A DNA stretch of 36,778 nucleotides, taken from positions 1 to 36,778 of IMG/VR virus record IMGVR_UViG_3300037043_000339; one strand, 5' to 3'. Both the position numbers and the translations under genes were made by a program. Shown in pieces: positions 1 to 11,400 of this stretch. Source of the DNA: a virus. Lineage: Duplodnaviria > Caudoviricetes. Positions within the stretch are counted from its first letter, which is position 1, and the number at the start of each line of letters is the position of its first letter. The notes under the pieces were generated by a model that made no database searches, had not been told where the DNA came from, and worked only from the letters and a program-made list of their open reading frames with translations.

Positions 1-115
1 AAAATGGGTGACCATGCCGGTGCAGCATTGGGCCGCCACTTTGTCTCATTTGTCGATTGTATTTGAAAAACGACTTACGAATGTTCTCTAACGAATGACC
101 CAGTTACACAAATAA

Positions 116-439
116 TTTTACAGACTCCTACCCGCTGGAAAATATACTCTGACCGATCATGCGTATATATTGTATCTGCGCGGTGATTGTCTTTATGATG
201 TAAATATAAAGTGGTTTTTATTCGAATACAGTAATGTTTTTTTGGAGTACACTTCTGGATCAGACAATGCTACGTGGGATATGACCGGTTTCTTCAAAGA
301 AATGTTCGTCGACATTCCCTCGGTGTCCGAACAAGAGAATACACTTCAGAAATATTCAGAATTGGAAATTCTCGAAACGCGATTAAAAGAGCTGGATTTG
401 AGGATTCAAGGTCTCGTTAAATACACATTCTCGGATTGA
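116..439 (+). pseudogene. 5'-truncated type I restriction-modification specificity subunit (HsdS)-like fragment
   Basis: The frame is open from 116 (after TAA 113-115) and reads ...LPAGKYTLTDHAYILYL...VDIPSVSEQENTLQKYSELEILETRLKELD. The 'IPxxxEQ' motif plus a coiled helix is typical of the end of an HsdS target-recognition domain. There is no good start or RBS, and it is far shorter than HsdS. Confidence 0.5.
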
Positions 440-490
440 ACAATGAGACAATTAGACGCAATCCTAACAATACTTTATTAAACTTAGTAC

Positions 491-519
491 TTGACATGAC
501 CACCATCAGCGATTATATT
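491..519 (+). promoter_or_regulatory. Promoter P1 (TTGACA-17 bp-TATATT) with conserved spacer CACCATCAGC
   Basis: TTGACA at 491-496, TATATT at 514-519, 17-bp spacer. The spacer core is shared with P2 and P3. Confidence 0.8.
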
Positions 520-535
520 CCCCCTTAGCGTTACA

Positions 536-603
536 AAACATTCATTATTCAACCGAAAAGGGAACTTTACTTCCAAAAAAAGGGAAGTAAAGTTCCCTTT
601 TTT
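536..603 (+). promoter_or_regulatory. Leader element E1: AAACAT-N9-AACCGAAAAGGG box plus terminator-like hairpin
   Basis: Perfect 19-bp inverted repeat 556-574/583-601 with T-run 598-603, lying between P1 and ATG 619. Confidence 0.8.
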
Positions 604-618
604 GTTTACGAGGCCTTT

Positions 619-1128
619 ATGTGGTCATTTCTTGCATCCGCAGCAGCTCCATACCTACTTGATGTCATCACCGGTACATCCAAAAAGCAGAAGAAAGCCA
701 CCGACGCATACCAGTCCGGCGTCGACAGCACAATCGGAAACCTGAAAAAAGAGATGGGCAACAGTGCTGCCGATAGCACCATGTTCAAAACGGCAGAAAA
801 CGAAGTGGGGGTTGAATCAAAACGAGCAATAGATATGCTCACCCAGAATGCAGCCGCTTCCGGTATGTCTGACGAAGCCAAACTTGGCGGGATGGCGCAG
901 ATCAACGAGGGATCCAATAATACGCTCATCAGCGCCTTGGATTCCGCGGACCAACAGAGAAGGCAGATCCAACAGCAGGTCGACAATTTGTTGCTCTCAA
1001 AACTTGGCTTCCAGGTTCAGCAAGCGAATAATCAGGGCAATGCAATGGCCAGTGTATCATCGAACCTGAGCGCAATCCTGCCTTTCCTATTCCGGAAGAA
1101 ACCAACGCCGGTCGGTGAAACACCATGA
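619..1128 (+). CDS. Putative DNA ejection / internal virion protein (P22 gp7-like role)
   Basis: Hydrophobic Ala-rich N-terminus, Q/A/S-rich helical body and hydrophobic C-terminal patch. GAGG RBS. First gene of a coupled operon ending in the giant protein. Confidence 0.55.
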   Translation: MWSFLASAAAPYLLDVITGTSKKQKKATDAYQSGVDSTIGNLKKEMGNSAADSTMFKTAENEVGVESKRAIDMLTQNAAASGMSDEAKLGGMAQINEGSNNTLISALDSADQQRRQIQQQVDNLLLSKLGFQVQQANNQGNAMASVSSNLSAILPFLFRKKPTPVGETP

Positions 1129-1445
1129 AAGTAAAGGAAATTAAAAATTCAGACGCATCACACTTCGGCTGGGCAATAAAATGTCCGGGTTGTAGTGACT
1201 ATCATATTTTTGATAAAAGATGGACATTCAACGGCGACGTGAATAGTCCGACGTTTCGCGCAAGTATGTTGGCGACGGTAGATTGGCCGCAACACCATCC
1301 CGAAACAGGGAAACCAAAAAGTATCTGTCATAGTTTTGTCACCGACGGGAAAATACAGTTTCTGTCCGATTGCACTCATTCAATGAAAAATCAGACAGTT
1401 GATCTTCCGGATATAGATCCGCAATGGAACGAGGAAATCCAATGA
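1125..1445 (+). CDS. Small Cys/His metal-binding protein, DUF6527-like
   Basis: Motifs CPGC..H, WTFNGD..SPTF..S and CHSFVTDGKIQFLSDCTH. ATGA overlaps at both ends. Confidence 0.7.
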   Translation: MKVKEIKNSDASHFGWAIKCPGCSDYHIFDKRWTFNGDVNSPTFRASMLATVDWPQHHPETGKPKSICHSFVTDGKIQFLSDCTHSMKNQTVDLPDIDPQWNEEIQ

Positions 1446-2473
1446 ACGCAAATATATTTACACCGTCACACACCATCAGTAATACATTCCTTTCCGAAGA
1501 AGAAGACAATCCCTTGAAGAAATTCAAGGATGTGCTTTTAAGCAGGATTCTAACAGCGCAGCGTCAGGCACCGATCGACACGAGCAATGAATCGCTCAAG
1601 AACCTGGGGATTCTCGATAAGGTTGAATTGAAGAAGCAAAAGGACACGAATCAGGCTAATCGGGAAGAAGAACTGCAGGACGCAGCAATCGGATCAGGGC
1701 TTGGAATCGTGGCTGGATCTCTCGCCAATCTGCTTTCCGGGAATACGAACGCCGAAGGATTGATGAATAACGCTCTTCCCGGCATCTCTGCGGTCCAGAC
1801 GCTATTGGGTGTCCAGGGTCAGGAAGAACAAATCGACAGGAAGAACTACGGCGAAGGTGTCAACAAGTTCTATTCGACGCTGTTCAACATCAATCGTTCG
1901 AATGAAGCCACCAAATCAAAGAATCTGGAATTGGATATCAGTACGCTGAAAGCATTGAAAGACTCCAATGATTTCAGTGAGGCCGACGTTTTCGCCGACG
2001 AGAATGATCTTGCCTACACGAAGAAGACCAACAAAGATACCGGCGAAATATCGATCGAGCCGGTAATGGTCAACGGAACGCATATCAAACTACGCCGGCC
2101 GCCTTCAATGGATTCTCTGGATTATCGGCGTACCGCCGATATTCAAGGCGATATCGACAAGATGGAGAAGGAATATCGGGAGAACAATAAACTGATCGGT
2201 CAGTTGGCGGATAAAGATAAATCCGCGGAAGCATTGAATGCATACATCGAAATGTTGGCAAAATCGAATCCTGGTATGGCAGCTCTGCTGGCAAAGGCTA
2301 CTCCGGAGAGTGTCATTGCTCAGCTGGAAAACAGTCAAATTGACCTTGAAAAGAAGATCAATGAACTCAAGCCAAAGATCGGCCAGGATCAGTTCGAGGG
2401 GCATTACACCAAAAAGAAGTCTTCCAAGATCAATCTCAAGTCTGATAAACGCGAACTTCCCAAGGCAAAGTAA
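1442..2473 (+). CDS. Putative second DNA ejection / internal virion protein
   Basis: The start is probably ATG 1442 (ATGA overlap, GAGGA upstream) rather than 1424. Gly/Ala hydrophobic patch (AAIGSGLGIVAGSLANLL), coiled coils and a basic tail. TAATG-coupled to the giant ORF. Confidence 0.5.
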   Translation: MNANIFTPSHTISNTFLSEEEDNPLKKFKDVLLSRILTAQRQAPIDTSNESLKNLGILDKVELKKQKDTNQANREEELQDAAIGSGLGIVAGSLANLLSGNTNAEGLMNNALPGISAVQTLLGVQGQEEQIDRKNYGEGVNKFYSTLFNINRSNEATKSKNLELDISTLKALKDSNDFSEADVFADENDLAYTKKTNKDTGEISIEPVMVNGTHIKLRRPPSMDSLDYRRTADIQGDIDKMEKEYRENNKLIGQLADKDKSAEALNAYIEMLAKSNPGMAALLAKATPESVIAQLENSQIDLEKKINELKPKIGQDQFEGHYTKKKSSKINLKSDKRELPKAK

Positions 2474-5400
2474 TGGGTAAAGAAAAAGTCTTTAATCCTT
2501 CACGTCGGTCGTTATACGACCAGATGAAGGATCACTACAATCTTCCTGAATACGATAAATTCGAATCTTACCTCGATGATGACAATAACCGTAAGGCATT
2601 GTTCGATGATCTCTCGGGACAATCGCTACTTGGCGATGTGAAGGATTTCGACGAATTCGAATCACTCATCAAACCCCGTGTTTCTCCTGAACTCCGCTCA
2701 GAATTCATTTCCCAAAGTGCTGCCGAATTCAAGAAAGACATTGCTTCCGGACCGTCTCCTTTCGAGCCCGATAAGACTCAGTATCAATCACCCATTAAGC
2801 AGGAAGCAGCTGCCAGGGAAACTCAAGGATCTCCTGTGCTGCAGCAGGCAATGCTTGATACCGCGCTCATGGAATCCGGTATGTTGCCGCAGGTTCAATC
2901 GGAAATCAACAAAGAAATTCAGGATCAGGAAGCCGCCGACAAATTGCTGAATACCTTCCGTGAAGCAAAAATCCGGACTCTTATCGAGGAAGTCGAAGAT
3001 CTGTCTTCCAGACAGGATATCAAAGGTAACAAGGAAGCCGAATCCTACGTGCAGAGCGTCAACGATGAACTTGCCGCCTATACCCCGGAGGAAGTTGAAT
3101 CTGTTCGAAAGAAAATGGTAGTTGAACGCTCCCAATCTTACGCAAAGAAACGGATCAACGAACTGAATGCACAAAAGGGGAAGTCTGTCTGGACCGCAAT
3201 TCAAGACGGCGATTTCGGAGATCCAAACCGTCTGTTTACCGGCCGTCTGAAGGAAAAGTCAGACCTCATAAAATCACAACGGATGCATCTGGACGAAAAG
3301 AATCTCCTGCAAGAAGCAGTCGACGCTCCGAATAAAAGTCAGGGAAAATGGAATGATTTTGTAAAGGGCATCGGATCGGCAATTGGCATTGATCTTGTCC
3401 CATTTGTCGGCGATGCTGTAGAACTGGAGAAATTTTCACGAATAAAGGAATTGACCGATAAAAAACAGGATGAGCGTACCGAAGACGAGCAGGCGGTCGT
3501 CGATGCATACGCTGCACTTCAGAACGTCAAAAACAATTCAGAGTTAACGCCGATATTTTACAACATCGGTAAAGGTGCGACCGAGATGACGCCATATGCT
3601 CTGGAATTCGCTGCAACTTCGGGAGTGTATTCGACGGCAAAAAACGTCATGCAGCACGGTATAATCAAATTGATTGGCCGTGAAACAATCAAAGAAGTTT
3701 TGGAAAATGCCGCAAAGAAGAATGTTATCGGTCTTGTTAATAAAGCGACGCTGAAAGGCGTTGCATCACTCGGCGCCGGTATAACTCAGTCCCTGGCCAA
3801 TCCTCTGGGTATCGCAGTGGATTTTGAACAACGCGGAATTCCTTTACTGTCACTTGGGATGTCGAAGGAAGGGGAGATCGTCGAACGGAACGCGATCGGG
3901 AGTCCGGATGAATCGATTACAAAACTGCTGAAATCAATCGGTGTGAACGCAGCGGAATACGTTTCTGAGCGATTCGGATATGCTGTGGAAAAGCCCACTG
4001 AGATGCTCGCCAAAATGGCGATTGGTAAATTCTTAGCCAAATACGGACAGAATGCCACTGAAAAACAACTTGAAGCGATCGCGAAAAAACTTGGCTGGAA
4101 TGGTATTATCGCAGAATTCGCAGAAGAATTCCTGAATAAACCGATGCAAACTGCAATTGAAAGCGGGAAGATCGAATTCATGTCTCCGGAGGAGTCTCTG
4201 GAGACGCTTGGCATTGTTGCTGTGCCCGGTCTTGGCGGTAAGGCAGTAAAGTACAGCGCAAAGGCATTCAACGCACTCGGATCACTGCCGAAGTTAGATC
4301 CATCGGAATTGAAAAATGACAAACCTCAAAGCGGTGAAGAATCTAAAGAACAAACTGTTGAGCATGGAAACCCGGAACCTGGTGGATCTGCTGACAATAC
4401 TCCGACTGGAGATGAAATTAATCCACCGCAAAAATCTGAACCGCTTCAACCTGCAGCAGCTCCGGAACCTGAAAAGAAAGTACAACTGAAGCCCGACGAA
4501 CGAGCTGAATTCATCTATCCGAATCTACTTGAACAACTCAATCAGGAAAGTGAAGATGCGCCAATTTCAGTCTCTTCCGTGATCAGCATGGTCCCGGAAC
4601 TTCAGTCGGGAGACCGGAAAAGCAATGTCAAAACTGCCTCAAAACTCATTCAGCGATTACATCAGGAGGGTTTGGCAGTTGATAATGTTTTCAAGAAAAA
4701 GAAGGAAGATCCTGAGCAGGAATGGAAGGATAAAGCCGCCGAATTGGGTATTTCTTTTGTGGGGATGCAATCGGTTCCCGGGAAAGATTCCATTCCTCTT
4801 TTCACCGATCCTGAAACCGGATCGACATTCGTGAAGGCAGATGGTGAAACGCTTCAGCAGGCACTTGATCGGAAACGTGAACAATTCAAGCAGTCAAAAC
4901 CTGTGACACCGGAAAACAGCGAAACACCGGAAGCTGTAGTTCCTCCTGTGGTTCCAACTGACAAAGATGCGGACATAAAGCCGGATGGATCTGTCGTTGT
5001 CAAAGGCGATGATGAAGGACTATTCCCCGGGGAGAAATTAACATTAAAACCGTTTGTTCGTCCTGAATTGCCGTTCAAGAATATCGATGTCAATTCGCCT
5101 GAAAAGATTTTGGATTACAATGCCCGAATTCAGGATATCTTGTCGGCCCGATACAAAGGATACAATGATGTATTGGATAACCGAATCAAGGAACTTGATT
5201 CCGAGATTGCAAAATCCGTGAACGGATCTGCGCTGAGTAAAGCCCTGGAACACGAACAGATTAAATTGAAAATTGAGAAGGAGAATTGGGAAAAACAGTA
5301 CGGCGATCTGATTGAAGAACGGTTTGTGGAACATCGTGAATCCATTCTCGATGAAGCCACAAAGCGTGGTATTGTATTTATCGACGAATCGGAAGAAAAC

Positions 5401-8400
5401 GAATTTGTTGATGACTTCCTTCTGCAAATCGGCGACGACAATGCTACCGCAGAAAAAAATGGTGAGAAAGCCATTAAGGATGTTTTTGATTCAATTGTCC
5501 AAAAATACCTACCTAAAGACGAGGAAGAACCGGTAATTCCGCCCGTCGAGACAAAACCGCAGGAACCTGAAACGAAAGAGCCCTCCGGTGAGACGAAGAG
5601 CGGGAAAAAAGAAACGATTCCACCCGCCGACATAGCGCAGGTGAGTGAGGATATTCTGGATAAGACATGGGTAAAACGACGATCTGAAGGTCAGTATGTC
5701 CAGGATAACAATACATTCACTCGTCAAGAACCTTTGAGCGAGTCTGCCGGCAAGGTAGCATTTGGGAAAAATACCTCCGTTGTATTTGCAAAAGAAGTGA
5801 TTGCTCCTGCCCGGTATGCTGTGATCGATGTATCACTTCTTCAGCCATCACACATTTCCGGCAGCCCGAACAAACTGCACTTCATACCTGAAGCCCAGCC
5901 CAAAAACCGCAGTCAAAGCGAATCAAACCGGAATCAGAATCAGGAAATGGCCGAGAACTTGGATCCCGAGCAGATCCTCGTGGGGAAGACGGCATATGTC
6001 GGCGCTCCTACTGTTAATGATCGGGGTGAGATTATTCAGGGTAACGGTCGGGGAGGGACCGCAAGAATTTATTGGAACCAATATCCGGATGATCCGAAAG
6101 GTCTGAAATCAACGATTAAAGAATACGCTTCGGTTTTTGGACTGGATGAAAAACAGATCGATGCAATCAAGCATCCTGTCGTCGTTCGTATGTTTACTGG
6201 AAACGATAATCAGGCAATCACTCTCGGTCAGTACGAGGTAAGTGATCTGGAATCCGTTGCCAACAAGACAACCAAAGCGACGGCTATGAGCCGGAAAATG
6301 TCTGATGAAGACGTTCAGAAAATCGCTGAAATGATCCAAAAGGCAGACAGTGGTGAATTCGATAAACCGATCGGAGAGATAATTCAAAACGCTGGTCTCC
6401 CGATTGTCGATACGTTGATCTCCGGGGGGGCGATCAATGCCGACAAAAGGGAGACCTATTTTTCCCGTGATGGCCGGATTTCTCCTGATGGGGTGGAATC
6501 AATCAAGAACATCCTTGTCAATTTCCTCTTCCGCGGGGGAAACACCAATGTTCCGGAACTCTTCCGGAAGACGCCGGCAAACTTCCAGAATGCGATTGAA
6601 CGGAGCATTCATTTCCTTTTGTCTTCCAAAGCGCCTATCAATACCGAGATCCAGAACGCAATTATGATGTACGATGGATTTATCAAATCCGGTATGGGCA
6701 GCATCCTTGATTTCGTCAGGCAACCAGGTCTTACCGAAGCCGCGCCGATAGACAAATATGGCGTTGATTCTGCTACAATCGCATTGATGATCGAACAACC
6801 GCAGCGTGAACTCATTGCAAAATTCAAACGATATTTCTTGAATTCAAACGGTACGCCCGGGGACATGTTCTCCGAAGGCAATCCGGCGATGTCCAAACGG
6901 GATTCTTATACAGCATTCGATCCTTTCTTCACTCAGGCAAAGCAGTACGGTCTGCCGGAAGACAACAATAAATTCTTCGGATCTGAGGATGTGGATGTTT
7001 CTGTATTTGAGCCCAAGTCATCCTATAAAGCGATGAAAGCGAAGTATCCTGGAACGGTCTTCTTAATCCGCAAGGGAGAGAATTATATAGCACGTGGACA
7101 GGATGCGATCGATATCAAAAATGCATTGGGGATGAAACCATCAAAGGCAAACACCTATGAAATACCGGCGAGTGCGATTCAACAAATTCTTCCGAGATTA
7201 TCCAAAGCAGGATTACGTGTCGGCGTTGCTGATCAGATTGAGGAATCAGACTCACAGATAGAATTAGGTTTTGATTCTCCGGAGACAAAGTCCTTCACAA
7301 CTACCGATGGTGAATCGATTCGATATCAAAACGCTTCCGGTGAAGCAAGGTACAAACGCTCCCCTGGAAACCGCTTGGCGGAATCACCTTCAACAAGAAA
7401 ACTTGATAAAAATGAGCATCAAGTAATAAGTCGATTATATCGAAAATCTCCATTCAAATTCTTTGGCGCGAACGAAAGAATTAATGGTCCAAAAGACGTC
7501 GCGGTTCTTTTCCGTCAATTGGAAACAGAATCCGTAGAACACTGTTTTGCAGTGCATGTTCGGGAAGACGGTAAGACTGTCATTCAACATCTCTCGACAG
7601 GATTATTTAACTCTACCCTCGTTTCACAAGTACAATTCCAAGACCTCATTGAGCGGTTCGGAACGAAGGAACTGTATTTTGTCCATAACCATCCGTCCGG
7701 CAATCTTGAACCGTCCCGCGAAGATCTTGGCATTCACACACAAATAGAAAAAAGTCTGGGCGGAAAAGTTATCCTTCACGATAGCATTATTATTAATCTT
7801 AAGAGCGGAAAGTATTCGACATTCAGTCCGAACTTTGGCCAAAACGCAAAAACCAAAGACTCAACACAAGGGATTGAAGGAAAGATTCCTTTTAAGACTT
7901 TATCGTTTACACGACAAGCATTGCTTAAAGATGTTGAACTAACAAAAGTATCACAACCCGAATCTATCGCAGCATTTATAACATCCTCTCGGTTCTCTTC
8001 CGGTAAAAAATGGCAATTACTTTCAATGAATCCTCAGAATCAAATTATAGGAAGATTCTGTTTAACTTCAATCCCGAATTTCAACTCAGAAGAAAGCATA
8101 AAGAATGTTGTTAACGAGGCTTCATTATTTACCATACGCAGTGGGGGAATATCTTGCGCATTAGTAGCAAATATCGGTGATGCACCCAAATTGGCTGAAA
8201 ACGGTACATTCAATCATCTAAGAAAATCACTCGAAGAAAAGGGGATAAATTTATTAGACATTGTTGGAGTTGAACCTTCTTCAGACATATTTGAATCAAG
8301 TTTAGACAACGGGGCGCAGGATGTTATTAAGCCCGGGGCCAAAACAAACATCAACACCTTAAGTGAACCTTCTTCCGAATATGCTTCTGCATCTTTTAAT

Positions 8401-11400
8401 GAGAAAGCATATAACGGTCTTTATAAAATCAACGGTTTTTACATTGAAAAGGGAGTGAAGGCGCCATCGGTACTGGCTCGGCTTGCTGTATTGAAAATAG
8501 GCGGTAACATCATAAAGTATCCGGCCGAATTCAAAAAATCCGTCATCGATGCACTCGGATTCTTTGCCGAATCACCTTCAGCGGAATTCATCGGCGCTTC
8601 AGAACAACAAATCCGCTCAATGCTTGAAAACGCAATAACGGAGAATAAAAATGGACAAACCGAAAACGAAATCATCGGCCAGTACATCCGGACTGTTAGA
8701 TCGAATGCCTCTGGATCCGGAAATACCAATGCTGGAACAGATGGAGGAACTGGCTCAAACAGACGACCAAGCCTTAGAGTGGTTGACGAAGGAAATATAC
8801 CACAACCAACGGAGATTATCCCTGTTGACAGATTCTCCATCAGCGAACACCAACGCCTCGCCGTCAACCTTGCGTTAACGCGATTTTTAGAGAAAAAGAA
8901 AAAAGCATTCCTTCTGGCCGATGGAACAGGCGCCGGGAAAACTCGATCGGAAATCGTCATAGCTTATGAATTGGCAAAAAGGATGAAAAAACCTGCTTTG
9001 ATCACGACGTACGATGATACCGTGATCGAAGGATTCCGGCGTGAAGCGCAGGCATTGGGCATTGACCTGGAAGCATCCAATATCGAGATTGGAACCTACT
9101 ACAATCTTGCTGCAGGCAAAAAAGCCGGAAGCAAGGGGGGCGCGGACTACGCACGACGAGACTACAGCGTCCATATACTTGACGAAGCACACAGGATCAA
9201 AAATGTTGATTCGATCCGTGCTCAGATGTCGAGTGCAGTAAAAAGTGATCATCTTGTCTATGCAACCGCTACACCAATGGATAAACCGCTGCACAGCGCG
9301 TATTTCATGGCTGAGGTGATTGAACAATCCCCGGAAGATGTCGCCAAACAACTCGGTTTTGAAATTGTAAAAACTCCAATGCCTGACGGCAAGATGGAGA
9401 CTTCGGTTATTCCGTTGAACAATATGACGTGGCTTGTCGTATTGGACAATTTGCTGAAAATGAGGGATCAGGCAATTGCCGATGGAGCGATGATCCGCCG
9501 TGAATATCCGTTCTATGGAACGGTCAACAAGAAATTGATTCAGTTTTCACAAGAGCAACGTGACGAACTTGACCAGATTGAACGGTTCTGGAATGGATTT
9601 ATCACAGCAGCTCAAGCGCGAATTCAACCGATGATCGACGCCCTTCAGTATCGGTTCGATCGCGGAGAGATTAATCCTGCAAAATTCTTCAAGGAACTCC
9701 AGATAATCCGCGCATCCAAGAACTTCAAGAAAAATCCGCTGCAGAAATCGATGATGGAAGCGGAGTTCGGTCTATTGCGTGAGTTGTCTTATTGGACCGA
9801 AATGCAGAAACTCCAGATCGTGTTTGATGATGTCATACAGGCATTGGATGAAGGAAAGCGCGTCATCGTTTATGCACAATCGGTGAATCCCGGGACGCTT
9901 GAAGCAATCGACCAGGATCCTTCCAAAGAAAGTTCAATCGCCTATGGCGGATTCCTGAAGACATTAGGTGAAATGCTTTCGGCTAAGAATATCGATTTTG
10001 CGAGAATTTACGGCAGCGACAGCGACAAGGTAACAGAGGCCGACCGGTTTCAGAGGGGGACTTTCAAAGTTGCACTGGCGACAATGGAATCCGGTGGAGT
10101 GGGTATCAACCTGGACGATACATCCGGTGATGCCCCGAGAAAGATGTTTATTGTTACGGCGAACTATGCAGGCGATGCGACTGATCAGGCGATGGGAAGA
10201 GTTTCAAGGATGAACACAAAATCCGCATCGGAAGTGACCTTCTATTTCGCCCCGGAAGCAAAATCCGACCGTCGACGTGGAGTTATTCTCGGAAAGAAGA
10301 TGAATACACTGCGCCGAATACAATCCGGAGAGGATCCCGATCGAGCAACATTCGATGTGCCGATGCCGGCCGAAAGAGGTTCATTGTTCGATCCTGTTCC
10401 GAAATCGGAAGGAGTATGGATTGAACCATACCTTGACGGCTTTGTCATCGTCAAAGGAAACACTGCGAGCGTCAAAGGCGCTCTGAAGAAAATCGGCGGT
10501 GGCCGATACAACGGTACGCTCAAAGGGTGGATATTTCAAAAATCAAAACGGAAAGCACTTGAAAGCGAACTATCCAATGTCCTATCAAAACCATCCGATA
10601 CCGGCTCGGTCGTCAAAGAACCGGCAGCGGATTACCAGGGTGATTTGTTCCGGAAGAATCCTCAAATAGATCTATTCTCGAGTGAAGAAGAGACCTATAA
10701 CGCCGATAAAATTCCCGATACTCTCTCGTCTCGCACAGGTGCTGAGGCAGAATCTGAACAGGAAATCCTTGAATTTGAACATGGTCAGGATGGTATTGTC
10801 GATTCGCAGGATGTCGAAAATGAAATTCCCGGACCGCCAATGGATGAAAACCAAGAGGTCATCGAGGAATCTGAAATCACCGATTTTGGCGAAGTCATTG
10901 GTGATGCGCGGAAACATAAGGCAACGAAAGGAATATCCAGACGAGTTCAAAAAGATGACCGGCCCGGATGGATGAAGAAATATGTCGTTCTTGAAAACAA
11001 AAAGAACGGTCTGTGGGGTGTGTATATTTTGCTTGGCAAGCATGGTCAGGTAAAGAGTGTTACCGGAGATAAGTTCTCGTCTCAAAAAGAAGCGGAATTT
11101 GTATTACCGCTTGTTGAGGTATCGCTCAAGCATCGTGTTTACACAGAATCCAGATCGGATGAAAAACAATCATACGGTATCTTCCGGAAAATCGGTGACC
11201 GCCGTCTGGCATTGGTAAAAGGTGGATTTGCTTCCAGTGAAGAAGCCACTAAACACATGGTGACCAATGCCATGGATATTATCAATTTCCGTTTTCCTTT
11301 CCCGGAGCGGCCGTACCTTGAGAATATCGTCCGCGTCGGTCCCACACGTCTTAAAGGCAACGTCACTCCGAAAATGTTTCAGGATGTATTCGGTTTCCGC

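Noticed and set aside
1457-1488. Fourth promoter-like copy (TTTACA...CACCATCAG...TACATT)
   Set aside because: The spacer is 20 bp and the core is mis-phased relative to both boxes. It lies in coding sequence and is probably chance.
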